DNA from: a virus
Lineage: Duplodnaviria > Heunggongvirae > Uroviricota > Caudoviricetes
DNA: 7,986 bases
Reading direction: 5' to 3' (one strand)
IMG/VR virus record: IMGVR_UViG_2645727640_000024
Shown: positions 1 to 6,304 of the stretch, piece by piece
Layout: every line of letters begins with the position of its first letter
Numbering within the stretch: position 1 is the first letter of the stretch
The notes under the pieces: generated by a model
Databases searched by the model: none
Told to the model about the DNA's origin: nothing
The model's input: only the letters and a program-made list of their open reading frames with translations
Position numbers and translations under genes: made by a program

Positions 1-992
1 CGCTCAGGAAAGAATCATCGCTCAGTGCATTCACATTTGATGGTCCTTATCGCCTGACCGGGCATGACCTGCTGGACAATATGTACTGTGCTGATAACGG
101 ACGGTGGTATGAAACCCCGGTGGACTGGTACGGTCTGGCAAGAGCAGCCCGGCAAACGTCCTGGCATCAGTCTGCGCTTTACTTTAAGCGCAATGTATTA
201 CTCGGTTGCTACATCCCGCACCCGCTGCTTTCCCGGCAGGATTTCTCGGCGCTGGCGCTGGACTGGTTTGTGTTCGGTAACGCATTCCTTGAGCTTAGAA
301 GCAATATGCTCGGCGAACCGCTTAAATTACGGCACGCCCTGGCGAAATACATGCGACGCGGAAGCGATCTTGAATCATGGTGGTATGTGCAGGATGGCAA
401 GGACGCGTTCCAGTTTCGCCCTGGCAAAGTGTGCCACCTGATGAATCCGGATATTAACCAGGAAATCTACGGCATGCCGGAATATCTTGGCGCATTACTC
501 TCGGCCAGCCTTTCTCATTCGGCGGACATGTTCAGAAAACTGTACTACGACAACGGATCCCACGCCGGGTGCATCATCTACATCGGTGCAGCGCAGGTAA
601 ACCGCGAAAGCATGGACTCCCTGAAAGAAACGTTACAGGGCGCGCGTGGTGGTGGTGCGTTTAAAAACGTACTCATCCATGCGCCCAACGGGGGCAAAGA
701 AGGTGTGCAAATTTTGCCGTTCCAGCAGATCACTGCAAAGGATGAGTTCATGAATGTTAAGGCGGCATCCCGTGATGATGTGCTGGCTGCGCACCGCGTT
801 CCGCCGCAACTGATGGGGGCGATGCCGGGCGAAAAAAGTGCGTTTGGTGATGTGGAGAAGACCGCGCGGGTTTACGCAATTAACGAGCTGATGCCCGTCA
901 TGGAGGCCATGAAGCACATCAATGACTGGCTTGGCGAAGAGGTGATCCGCTTTAACCCTTACGCACTGCTAGATACCCAGCCCACATCCTGA
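1..992 (+). CDS. Q: Phage portal protein, P2 gpQ-like, 5'-partial (reading frame open to the window start; stop at 990-992)
   Basis: Frame starting at position 3 has no stop before the first ATG at 81, so the gene continues upstream of the window. Translation contains motifs I associate with P2-family portal proteins (ALAKYMRRG, HLMNPDINQEIYG, YYDNGSHAG, AAHRVPPQLMG, FGDVEKT). Recognition is from memory, not a search. Confidence 0.8.
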   Translation, partial: LRKESSLSAFTFDGPYRLTGHDLLDNMYCADNGRWYETPVDWYGLARAARQTSWHQSALYFKRNVLLGCYIPHPLLSRQDFSALALDWFVFGNAFLELRSNMLGEPLKLRHALAKYMRRGSDLESWWYVQDGKDAFQFRPGKVCHLMNPDINQEIYGMPEYLGALLSASLSHSADMFRKLYYDNGSHAGCIIYIGAAQVNRESMDSLKETLQGARGGGAFKNVLIHAPNGGKEGVQILPFQQITAKDEFMNVKAASRDDVLAAHRVPPQLMGAMPGEKSAFGDVEKTARVYAINELMPVMEAMKHINDWLGEEVIRFNPYALLDTQPTS

Positions 993-1019
993 CGCGCTTC
1001 GCTTGTCTGCTGCTTCGCC

Positions 1020-1042
1020 GGGGCATAAAAAATTTATGCCCC
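1020..1042 (+). terminator. Perfect hairpin just downstream of the portal stop (GGGGCATAAA / AAA loop / TTTATGCCCC); possible terminator or protein-binding dyad
   Basis: 10-bp perfect inverted repeat with a 3-nt loop, 28 bp after the portal stop codon. No U-tract follows on either strand, so it is not a canonical intrinsic terminator. Confidence 0.25.
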
Positions 1043-1318
1043 GACTCTCCAGCTCCTGTATCAATCAGATAATTTCACGACGCTTTTCTGCTTATTGTCA
1101 TCATCGGCGGTCAGACTCTTACGCAATCCCACCGCGTTGACTGCATGTTCTCGCCGCCTCAGTGCGATTTTGACGGCCTTATCTGCCACCCATCAAATCA
1201 AAAGCCCTCACGTCTTTTTCACGCTCAGCGTGAGAAATACAGCCATTCTGTTGTGTCGCTGCGACATCGTTCAGGGGATGCTATTTACCCCCTGAAACGC
1301 GGGCTGTTCCCCCGTCAC

Positions 1319-1372
1319 CTGCGCGCAGAAAAAACGCGTTTTTTTGTGCACGTACGGATCCTTGACGGATCC
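1319..1372. repeat. Cluster of overlapping perfect palindromes: CTGCGCGCAG, A6-CGCG-T6, GTGCAC, CGTACG, GGATCC twice (ACGGATCC direct repeat, 11-bp period)
   Basis: Read directly: 1319-1328 CTGCGCGCAG; 1329-1344 AAAAAACGCGTTTTTT; 1346-1351 GTGCAC; 1351-1356 CGTACG; 1356-1361 and 1367-1372 GGATCC. TGTGCA-type motifs recur at 1345-1350, 1417-1422, 1427-1432 and 1437-1442. Confidence 0.5.
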
Positions 1373-1443
1373 AGCCACCACGCGGGCCGGAAGTACAAAA
1401 AGTCGTTCAAAAAAATTGTGCAAACTTGTGCACTATCGTGCAA

Positions 1444-1469
1444 ACAAAAAAAGCGCCTTATCGGCGCTT
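1444..1469 (-). terminator. Rho-independent terminator on the - strand (stem AAGCGCC/GGCGCTT, 5-nt loop, followed on the - strand by TTTTTTTGTTTG)
   Basis: Minus-strand reading: GAAGCGCCGATAAGGCGC then a U-tract of 7. It sits 11 bp downstream of the stop of the 1478..1747 (-) ORF. Confidence 0.6.
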
Positions 1470-1477
1470 CAAAAGTA

Positions 1478-1747
1478 TCAATTGTTGCTGTTTATTAATC
1501 GCCAACCACGAACATATGCTTCATAGGCATCTCTGTGCCTTACAGTTCCAGCCTGGCTAAACGGAATGTTAGCTAAAACTAAATCATTCTGAGCCATAGC
1601 GCGTCCTTCAAGCGCATCTTTTATGCCTAGCTCAAAAGCACAGGCAGCGCATTTGTGCCGACCTTCTTGTCCTTGATATTCAGGGAGAGACAGAAATGTT
1701 GGATTATAACGATGAGGGTTCTTGCAAATACCTGTTTTAGCCCGCAC
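1478..1747 (-). CDS. Hypothetical protein (89 aa with GTG start; alternative internal ATG start at 1597 giving 39 aa)
   Basis: ORF with GTG start preceded by GAGGT 7 nt upstream; ends 11 bp before a canonical - strand terminator. Composition is protein-like, but I recognise no family. Coding status is uncertain. Confidence 0.3.
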   Translation of the reverse strand: MRAKTGICKNPHRYNPTFLSLPEYQGQEGRHKCAACAFELGIKDALEGRAMAQNDLVLANIPFSQAGTVRHRDAYEAYVRGWRLINSNN

Positions 1748-1768
1748 TTTATTTACCTCATAGGAAAA

Positions 1769-1849
1769 ATATGCGTGCCTTTACAGAGGTGCGTGTAAGC
1801 AATAAAATATACGACGCACATTTTGATTTACTTCGGAAGGCACGCATAT
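1769..1849. repeat. 13-bp perfect inverted repeat (ATATGCGTGCCTT at 1769-1781 / AAGGCACGCATAT at 1837-1849) separated by 55 bp; inner GTGCGT/ACGCAC inverted pair at 1789-1794 / 1814-1819
   Basis: Read directly. Both arms contain ATG-CGT-GCC, so each strand has an ATG-initiated short ORF beginning MRAF. Confidence 0.6.
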
Positions 1850-1876
1850 CAGGTTAAGTGAGTCCGACCGAGTTTT

Positions 1877-1910
1877 ACGCCCCAATAGTTGCTGCTATTG
1901 GGGCGTTTTG
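1877..1910 (+). terminator. Intrinsic-terminator-like hairpin on the + strand (12-bp stem ACGCCCCAATAG / CTATTGGGGCGT, loop TTGCTG, then TTTTG)
   Basis: Perfect 12-bp stem followed by T4 on the + strand; on the - strand the hairpin is followed by AAAACT, so it is orientation-specific. It lies 20 nt after the stop of the candidate 28-codon + ORF (1771..1857). Confidence 0.45.
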
Positions 1911-1955
1911 CATGGACAATGCCGCGCAATTATCTTGTCGCTCACAATGCGAACG

Positions 1956-1983
1956 ATCTTACAAAAAGGCACATTACTGTCAA
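1956..1983 (-). promoter_or_regulatory. Candidate sigma70-type promoter on the - strand: -35 TTGACA (1978-1983), 16-bp spacer, -10 TAAGAT (1956-1961)
   Basis: Perfect -35 hexamer with a 4/6 -10 at correct spacing. It would drive leftward transcription through the structured leader into the 1478..1747 ORF and the 1444-1469 terminator. Confidence 0.3.
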
Positions 1984-1998
1984 GATAATTGATCGTTT

Positions 1999-2043
1999 TA
2001 ATCGATAGATAATAGACAATCTATTTGTTTAACAGATCGATTA
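1999..2043. promoter_or_regulatory. Operator-like dyad symmetry: outer arms TAATCGAT (1999-2006) / ATCGATTA (2036-2043) and central palindrome AATAGA-CAA-TCTATT (2011-2025)
   Basis: Read directly. AT-rich, located immediately upstream (relative to the - strand) of the candidate promoter and about 70 bp downstream of the parR-like stop. Confidence 0.3.
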
Positions 2044-2111
2044 TTGAAGTAAGTGTGCCAAATGGAATGATACTGTCTCTATAAACGTGAGCATTTTTCG
2101 CGCAGATGCTT

Positions 2112-2423
2112 TTACTCAGGAAATAACGCCCGGATATTCCCAGCCATCTGGCTGGTTATCTTAGCCACTGGTGCAGACTGTGCTTCAAACTTTTTTGAGC
2201 TGATTTGTGTCACAGGTAACATCTCATCATCAGCCCATGCGGCCAGTCGGTAAGCCTCTGCCGGATTCGTCTTCAGAAGTGCCAGCCCGGCCAGAAAAGC
2301 CACGCGTTGGCCGCTTTTGCGGGCTTCTGGTGTAAGGCTGTCCAGCCAGGCGCATGCTTCTCCTTCGTTCTTGACGGCGGCGGGCTTCAGATAGAAACTT
2401 ATCCGTCTGGTTGGTGTCGTCAT
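2112..2423 (-). CDS. parR: ParR-like small partition adaptor / DNA-binding protein (103 aa)
   Basis: ATG at 2423 lies 4 nt after the parM-like TAA stop and 7 nt after an AAGGAG Shine-Dalgarno. The track ORF starts earlier at a TTG inside parM and is probably not the real start. N-terminal region resembles plasmid R1 ParR as I recall it (RRxIxFxLxP, LxAGLAL, C-terminal LFPE). Confidence 0.65.
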   Translation of the reverse strand: MTTPTRRISFYLKPAAVKNEGEACAWLDSLTPEARKSGQRVAFLAGLALLKTNPAEAYRLAAWADDEMLPVTQISSKKFEAQSAPVAKITSQMAGNIRALFPE

Positions 2424-2427
2424 TGGT

Positions 2428-3387
2428 TTACTCCTTGTCCATTGCGTACAGCCCATTAACCAGAGCAAACTGTGGCACCCCGTCCGCGATGAAAGTCGCA
2501 TTAACTCCGCAGGCTTCGCGGATAGCGGGTGCCACAATCTCCGCCCCGCCACCGACAACCATCACCCGCCCGTAACCCGAAAAAACCGCCAGCGCGCGGA
2601 TCACGCGTTGTTTCAGTGTTTCTTCCTTTTCACGAATAACCGCCATCAGGCTGGCGTAATGCGCGTCATTGTGGATGTGCTGGCGCAGCCAGGCTTCATT
2701 ATGGCGATGTTCGATAATGGTATTGGCGATGTGGTGACTGGTGCGCATACCGTTAGTGGCCATCACCGACAGTACGGCATCGGCCATAAGAGAAACGCCT
2801 ACGTGTGGATCGCAAAACACCTGGCTGATACCTGCCAGTTGCCCCTGAACCTTTGCCACATCCAGCGTGGTTCCGCCCAAATCCACAATCAGCAGGGATT
2901 CAAACGGACTCATGTCAGCCAGTGCTTTAAAGCCAGCCGGAATGGATTCAGGCATAACCCGTACGTTACGGATAGTGAATGCTTCGCCGTTCTGGTACTC
3001 CACCGGGCGCATGACGTTCGCTTTTTTGCGGTTGATGTTGGCCATGTCCGGCTGTGCGTTTGTGTCGAAATATTCGCTCAGTGGCAGGGTAACAACCACA
3101 TCCACTTCCTGTGGCGTGATGTCTGATTTGACCAGCGCGTGATGAATGGCAATGACATTCACATCGCTGTACTGGTATTGCGTGTCGGTCGTCTGGACAA
3201 AGCGATCGCTGACCGGATCAAAACCATAGCGCACGCCATCAAGCATGTAGTTAGCAGGCTGCGAGCCACCGAACGGCGCAGACCATTCCGACTTGAAGCT
3301 GTTCGGGCTGATGGCGTTGCGGCGTTCGCCGTTCTCAGTCCATGCCAGCTTGATGTTGGTGGAGCCGTCGTCGATGTAAATTTTCAT
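2428..3387 (-). CDS. parM: ParM/StbA-family actin-like ATPase (319 aa)
   Basis: Actin-fold motifs shared with R1 ParM (R100 StbA): N-terminal IDDGSTNIKL (phosphate 1), LLIVDLGGTTLD (phosphate 2), VVGGGAE (adenosine), plus QYSDVNV, VMPESIPAG, LVNGLY. AAGGA 9 nt upstream of the ATG. Confidence 0.88.
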   Translation of the reverse strand: MKIYIDDGSTNIKLAWTENGERRNAISPNSFKSEWSAPFGGSQPANYMLDGVRYGFDPVSDRFVQTTDTQYQYSDVNVIAIHHALVKSDITPQEVDVVVTLPLSEYFDTNAQPDMANINRKKANVMRPVEYQNGEAFTIRNVRVMPESIPAGFKALADMSPFESLLIVDLGGTTLDVAKVQGQLAGISQVFCDPHVGVSLMADAVLSVMATNGMRTSHHIANTIIEHRHNEAWLRQHIHNDAHYASLMAVIREKEETLKQRVIRALAVFSGYGRVMVVGGGAEIVAPAIREACGVNATFIADGVPQFALVNGLYAMDKE

Positions 3388-3418
3388 GTCGGTTTTCCTT
3401 ATGTTGATTAATTAATCG

Positions 3419-3530
3419 TTTACGGGATTCTGAAATCCCGTTTTTGCCTGTTTTGTGCGCGCTTCATATATCGCTGCGCGTTTTTTGCTCATTTACGGGA
3501 TTCGTGAGTCCCGTTTCTGTCTGTTTTTTG
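3419..3530. repeat. Two imperfect 39-bp direct repeats (3419-3457 and 3492-3530), each an 8-bp-stem hairpin (ACGGGATT ... AnTCCCGT) followed by a T-rich tract
   Basis: Copy A TTTACGGGATTCTGAAATCCCGTTTTTGCCTGTTTTGTG; copy B TTTACGGGATTCGTGAGTCCCGTTTCTGTCTGTTTTTTG. Stems are conserved while loops differ. Copy A lies between the A stop and the parM start; copy B lies inside the last codons of the A ORF. Confidence 0.6.
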
Positions 3531-6304
3531 TTTCCACTGGTCAGGCCACCCCGCAGCAGGTCTGCTTTGCGGCTGGCGCGTTCAGTGGTTTCACTGATTC
3601 TCTGTGCGTGCTCTGCGTCGCGGATGGCGCGCAGCATGTCAGAAAGCACGGTAACGGGTGTTTTCATGGTGTTCTGGTCCTGCTGAAGTGTGGATGCCAG
3701 GCGTGCGGCGGCTTCAGGGTCTGATGCCCCCAGCTGTGCCAGATAGCTGGCGACCGGGTTATGGCGGATCTCCGTGCTGCTTACGCCATGATTACGGCTC
3801 AGACGCTGCCAGAGCTGCGTGATTCGGCTGTCCGGGCGGGTATCCGGTTTGCGTACAATTTCAAATCCCTGCGGTGCAATGATGCTGCCGTCAACGTACA
3901 GACTGCCGCCCCGTAACAGGTGCTGCATCTGTTGTTCACCGATATGCAGGCCGAGAGATTCAGCAGACTCCCGCCATTCTTTAGCGAGTAACTCGTGGTT
4001 ATCAGGCAAAGGCCGCTGCTGTTTGCGGCTCTGTGTCCAGTTCTGCATTTCATCGCTGCTGTTTTTTGCCTGTTTGTCACGAAGCGAACGCATCAGCGCC
4101 CGGCGTTCGTGCCGTTTCAGTGAGCGCATCCATTCATTTACTTCAACGCCGTCAGGAAGCTGCGGCCACGGTGCTGGCCGTTCTTCCGGCTGTTCTGTCC
4201 CGTTGTTGCCTGTTTCCTGTACACGGGGACAGTTATTGCCACGAGTCCAAGGGGCGGCAGGGCCGCCCTGAAGGTCAAAACCATTTTCGCGGGCGCTGTC
4301 TTCCGCTTCCGGTTTACGTCTTACCAGCTTCCAGTTATCCGGATGCGTGCACACACGGGAGGATTCCCCGATGAATGGCGACCAGATCCCGTAAATCTGT
4401 ACACTCTGTTCGCCGTAATCGTTCAGCTCATCTGCGAGGTCGTAGGCTGTGCGAATCAGGTAGTCCTTGCGCGGAACAAGTACGCCACCCTGTTTTTCAA
4501 TGTAGGTGGCAAAACATCCGGCATCAGCGGCAGCGAGTACCGCATCCATTGCATCATCCTTCAGCCGTTGTGGGCCTTCCGGGTTGCGTGCCATCTGGCT
4601 GGCAAGGCGGCGGAGTTCACGCCATACCTGACGGGAGGGGATGCCAAAGAACTGGAACTGGCGGACCCGGTGAAGGCGTGCCCAGCCGATGGCGCGTTCC
4701 ACGCTCTCGGCCATTGATTTTCCGGTTTCGTGGTCAACGCGTGGCTTGCCCGTTTTCGGGTCGATGCCATCCACGGCGCGGCTGTCCAGGTTCTTTCCGA
4801 TGTAGGTGGCGATGTAGCTGGTTGGCGTGCCTTTTGAGCCGTCGACATACTCCACCTTAAAGCGCGGAGTAATATCATTGCCCAGCTCGTGGCGGTCTTC
4901 CTGAATGGCAATATCGCGGGTGTGGGACACAATGGTGTCGATTTCTTCCGGATGAGCAAAGACCATCATATGCCAGTGCACGGTGCCGTCATGGTGAGGC
5001 TCCACCGTGCGGATGCCATACCAGCGCAGGCCGTCGCGGTTCAGTTTCTTGCGGACCGCCGCAAAAAACGTGTTAACCAGGTAATCGCTGGAGTCGCGCA
5101 TGGTGGCCCCGTTCCATTTGGGATTCGGATGACCGTTCTCTGTTGTGGCGTGGTATTTTGACGGGCAGGTGACAGTCAGAAACACCGCTCTGTCGCCACG
5201 GGCTTCGGCCAGAAGTTCCAGCCCCTTCATGGTGGCCATCATTTCTGCCTTACGGTGAATCGGGTTACTTACTCCCGCGTAATACACTGTCTCGAGATCA
5301 ATCGTGAACCCGTCTTCGTTTTCCAGCATGAAACTTTTCAGGAAATCGCGTGTTTTCTCGCGCTGTGCGCGAAACTCGCTTAACGCGTCCTGGCTCAGAT
5401 AGGGTGATGTTTTTCTGGAAACCAGACAGGCGGCGCGGAGTTGTTCTTCTCTCCACTCGCAACGTAACAGCCACAGTTTGCGTTTCCACCATTCCGCACA
5501 GGTCAGGCGAAGGATTGCGCCCGGCAGCAGCTCCGTGTCCGGTTCATTCCTCCGGTCTTTGTCTGTTGTCAGAGCGTCATAATGTGGAGGCATAGCGTGC
5601 AGGTGTAACGCCATGCGGGCCAGCATCTGATACGCCTTCAGCGTTACATCCATGGTCAGCTCGCCATCGGTCGCGCCAAAGCCATCGCAGAGTTTTTCAA
5701 AAGTGCCACTGAACATCGCCGCCGTCATGGTGGCCAGCGTCTGTATCTGGTGTTTGTTGAGCTGCGGCAGGTAAAGCAAATCGTCCAGGCGTTCGCGTCC
5801 GGCAAGGGAGCGATAGCCCGGTGTCAGCCAGCGGCTGTCGGTGCGGTCCAGACGTTCGAATATTTTGCGCAGGGTTCCGCGCGCGTAGCGTTCAGCCTGC
5901 CAGCTCTTTTTGCCTTTCTGACGATCGGCTTCCTGCTTCTTGCGCAGAAAAGAGAGGTGGCGGCTCAGAGGTTCACGCAGATAAACGGGAAGCACCTTCA
6001 GTGTGGCAAAAGCACGGGCCACCGGGTCTTGTTCTGTTGCCTGACGCTTGCTGATGATGCTTTGTGCCAGCTTTTCACGCTGTCCGGCTTCCTCAAGGGA
6101 TGCCATGAGTTTTTTACCCACGGTGGATTGTGCGAAAAAGGCTTCTTCCTTCGCTTCCTGTTCTTCCTGTGCCCTTTTGTTTGCCTCAAGGTAGTAACGG
6201 ATGGCGCGTTGCAGGTCGGTTTCAGTTTCCTGCCTGCGCTCCGTAAATCTGGCCGGATCAATGGCTGGCCGTGGTTCATTCCAGCTCCATGCAAACGCAC
6301 TCAT
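3464..6304 (-). CDS. A: Rolling-circle replication initiator endonuclease, P2 gpA-like (946 aa from the ATG at 6304; the track ORF begins at an upstream GTG at 6331)
   Basis: HUH-type motifs: HWHMMVF (metal-binding His pair), catalytic tyrosine pair YIATYIGKNLD, FLTVTCPSKYH. The ATG at 6304 overlaps the upstream gene stop (ATGA). The ORF is long and reads through repeat copy B at its 3' end. Confidence 0.9.
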   Translation of the reverse strand: MSAFAWSWNEPRPAIDPARFTERRQETETDLQRAIRYYLEANKRAQEEQEAKEEAFFAQSTVGKKLMASLEEAGQREKLAQSIISKRQATEQDPVARAFATLKVLPVYLREPLSRHLSFLRKKQEADRQKGKKSWQAERYARGTLRKIFERLDRTDSRWLTPGYRSLAGRERLDDLLYLPQLNKHQIQTLATMTAAMFSGTFEKLCDGFGATDGELTMDVTLKAYQMLARMALHLHAMPPHYDALTTDKDRRNEPDTELLPGAILRLTCAEWWKRKLWLLRCEWREEQLRAACLVSRKTSPYLSQDALSEFRAQREKTRDFLKSFMLENEDGFTIDLETVYYAGVSNPIHRKAEMMATMKGLELLAEARGDRAVFLTVTCPSKYHATTENGHPNPKWNGATMRDSSDYLVNTFFAAVRKKLNRDGLRWYGIRTVEPHHDGTVHWHMMVFAHPEEIDTIVSHTRDIAIQEDRHELGNDITPRFKVEYVDGSKGTPTSYIATYIGKNLDSRAVDGIDPKTGKPRVDHETGKSMAESVERAIGWARLHRVRQFQFFGIPSRQVWRELRRLASQMARNPEGPQRLKDDAMDAVLAAADAGCFATYIEKQGGVLVPRKDYLIRTAYDLADELNDYGEQSVQIYGIWSPFIGESSRVCTHPDNWKLVRRKPEAEDSARENGFDLQGGPAAPWTRGNNCPRVQETGNNGTEQPEERPAPWPQLPDGVEVNEWMRSLKRHERRALMRSLRDKQAKNSSDEMQNWTQSRKQQRPLPDNHELLAKEWRESAESLGLHIGEQQMQHLLRGGSLYVDGSIIAPQGFEIVRKPDTRPDSRITQLWQRLSRNHGVSSTEIRHNPVASYLAQLGASDPEAAARLASTLQQDQNTMKTPVTVLSDMLRAIRDAEHAQRISETTERASRKADLLRGGLTSGNKKQTETGLTNPVNEQKTRSDI

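Noticed and set aside
64-441. 125-aa + strand ORF in an alternative frame within the portal gene
   Set aside because: It overlaps the portal reading frame, which has strong portal-like motifs; the composition is Trp/Arg/Cys-rich and not protein-like. Treated as an overlapping-frame artefact.
993-1480. Canonical P2/186-type cos site (GC-rich 19-nt cohesive end)
   Set aside because: Expected in this interval from gene order, but I could not find a match to the cohesive-end sequence I recall for P2 or 186. cos is left unannotated rather than guessed; the palindrome cluster is reported separately as a candidate.
1095-1526. Plus-strand ORFs of 66, 117 and 60 aa in the portal-proximal intergenic region
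   Set aside because: TTG or weak starts, no Shine-Dalgarno, and translations dominated by Arg/Lys/His/Ser. They read straight through the palindrome cluster and the - strand terminator, so this region is more likely non-coding (cos or regulatory).
1925-1950. lac-operator-like sequence (minus-strand ATTGTGAGCGACAAGATAATTG)
   Set aside because: It shares the TTGTGAGCG core with lacO but is not dyad-symmetric and there is no LacI-family gene nearby; most likely chance resemblance.
2112-3387. Interpretation of the whole window as a plasmid because of parMR
   Set aside because: The flanking genes are a phage portal and a P2 gpA-type initiator with coupled small early genes, which is the P2 genome layout. 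The parMR pair is better explained as cargo within a phage than as evidence for a conventional plasmid backbone.
2608-3411. Three + strand ORFs (172, 91 and 90 aa) antisense to parM
   Set aside because: They lie antisense to a gene with clear ParM motifs and a good Shine-Dalgarno, and their translations are His/Arg/Cys-rich with no recognisable motifs.
3419-3530. Possibility that the two 39-bp repeats are a CRISPR array
   Set aside because: Only two imperfect copies, each with an internal hairpin followed by a T-tract, and no further copies nearby. This fits terminator or operator elements, not CRISPR repeats.
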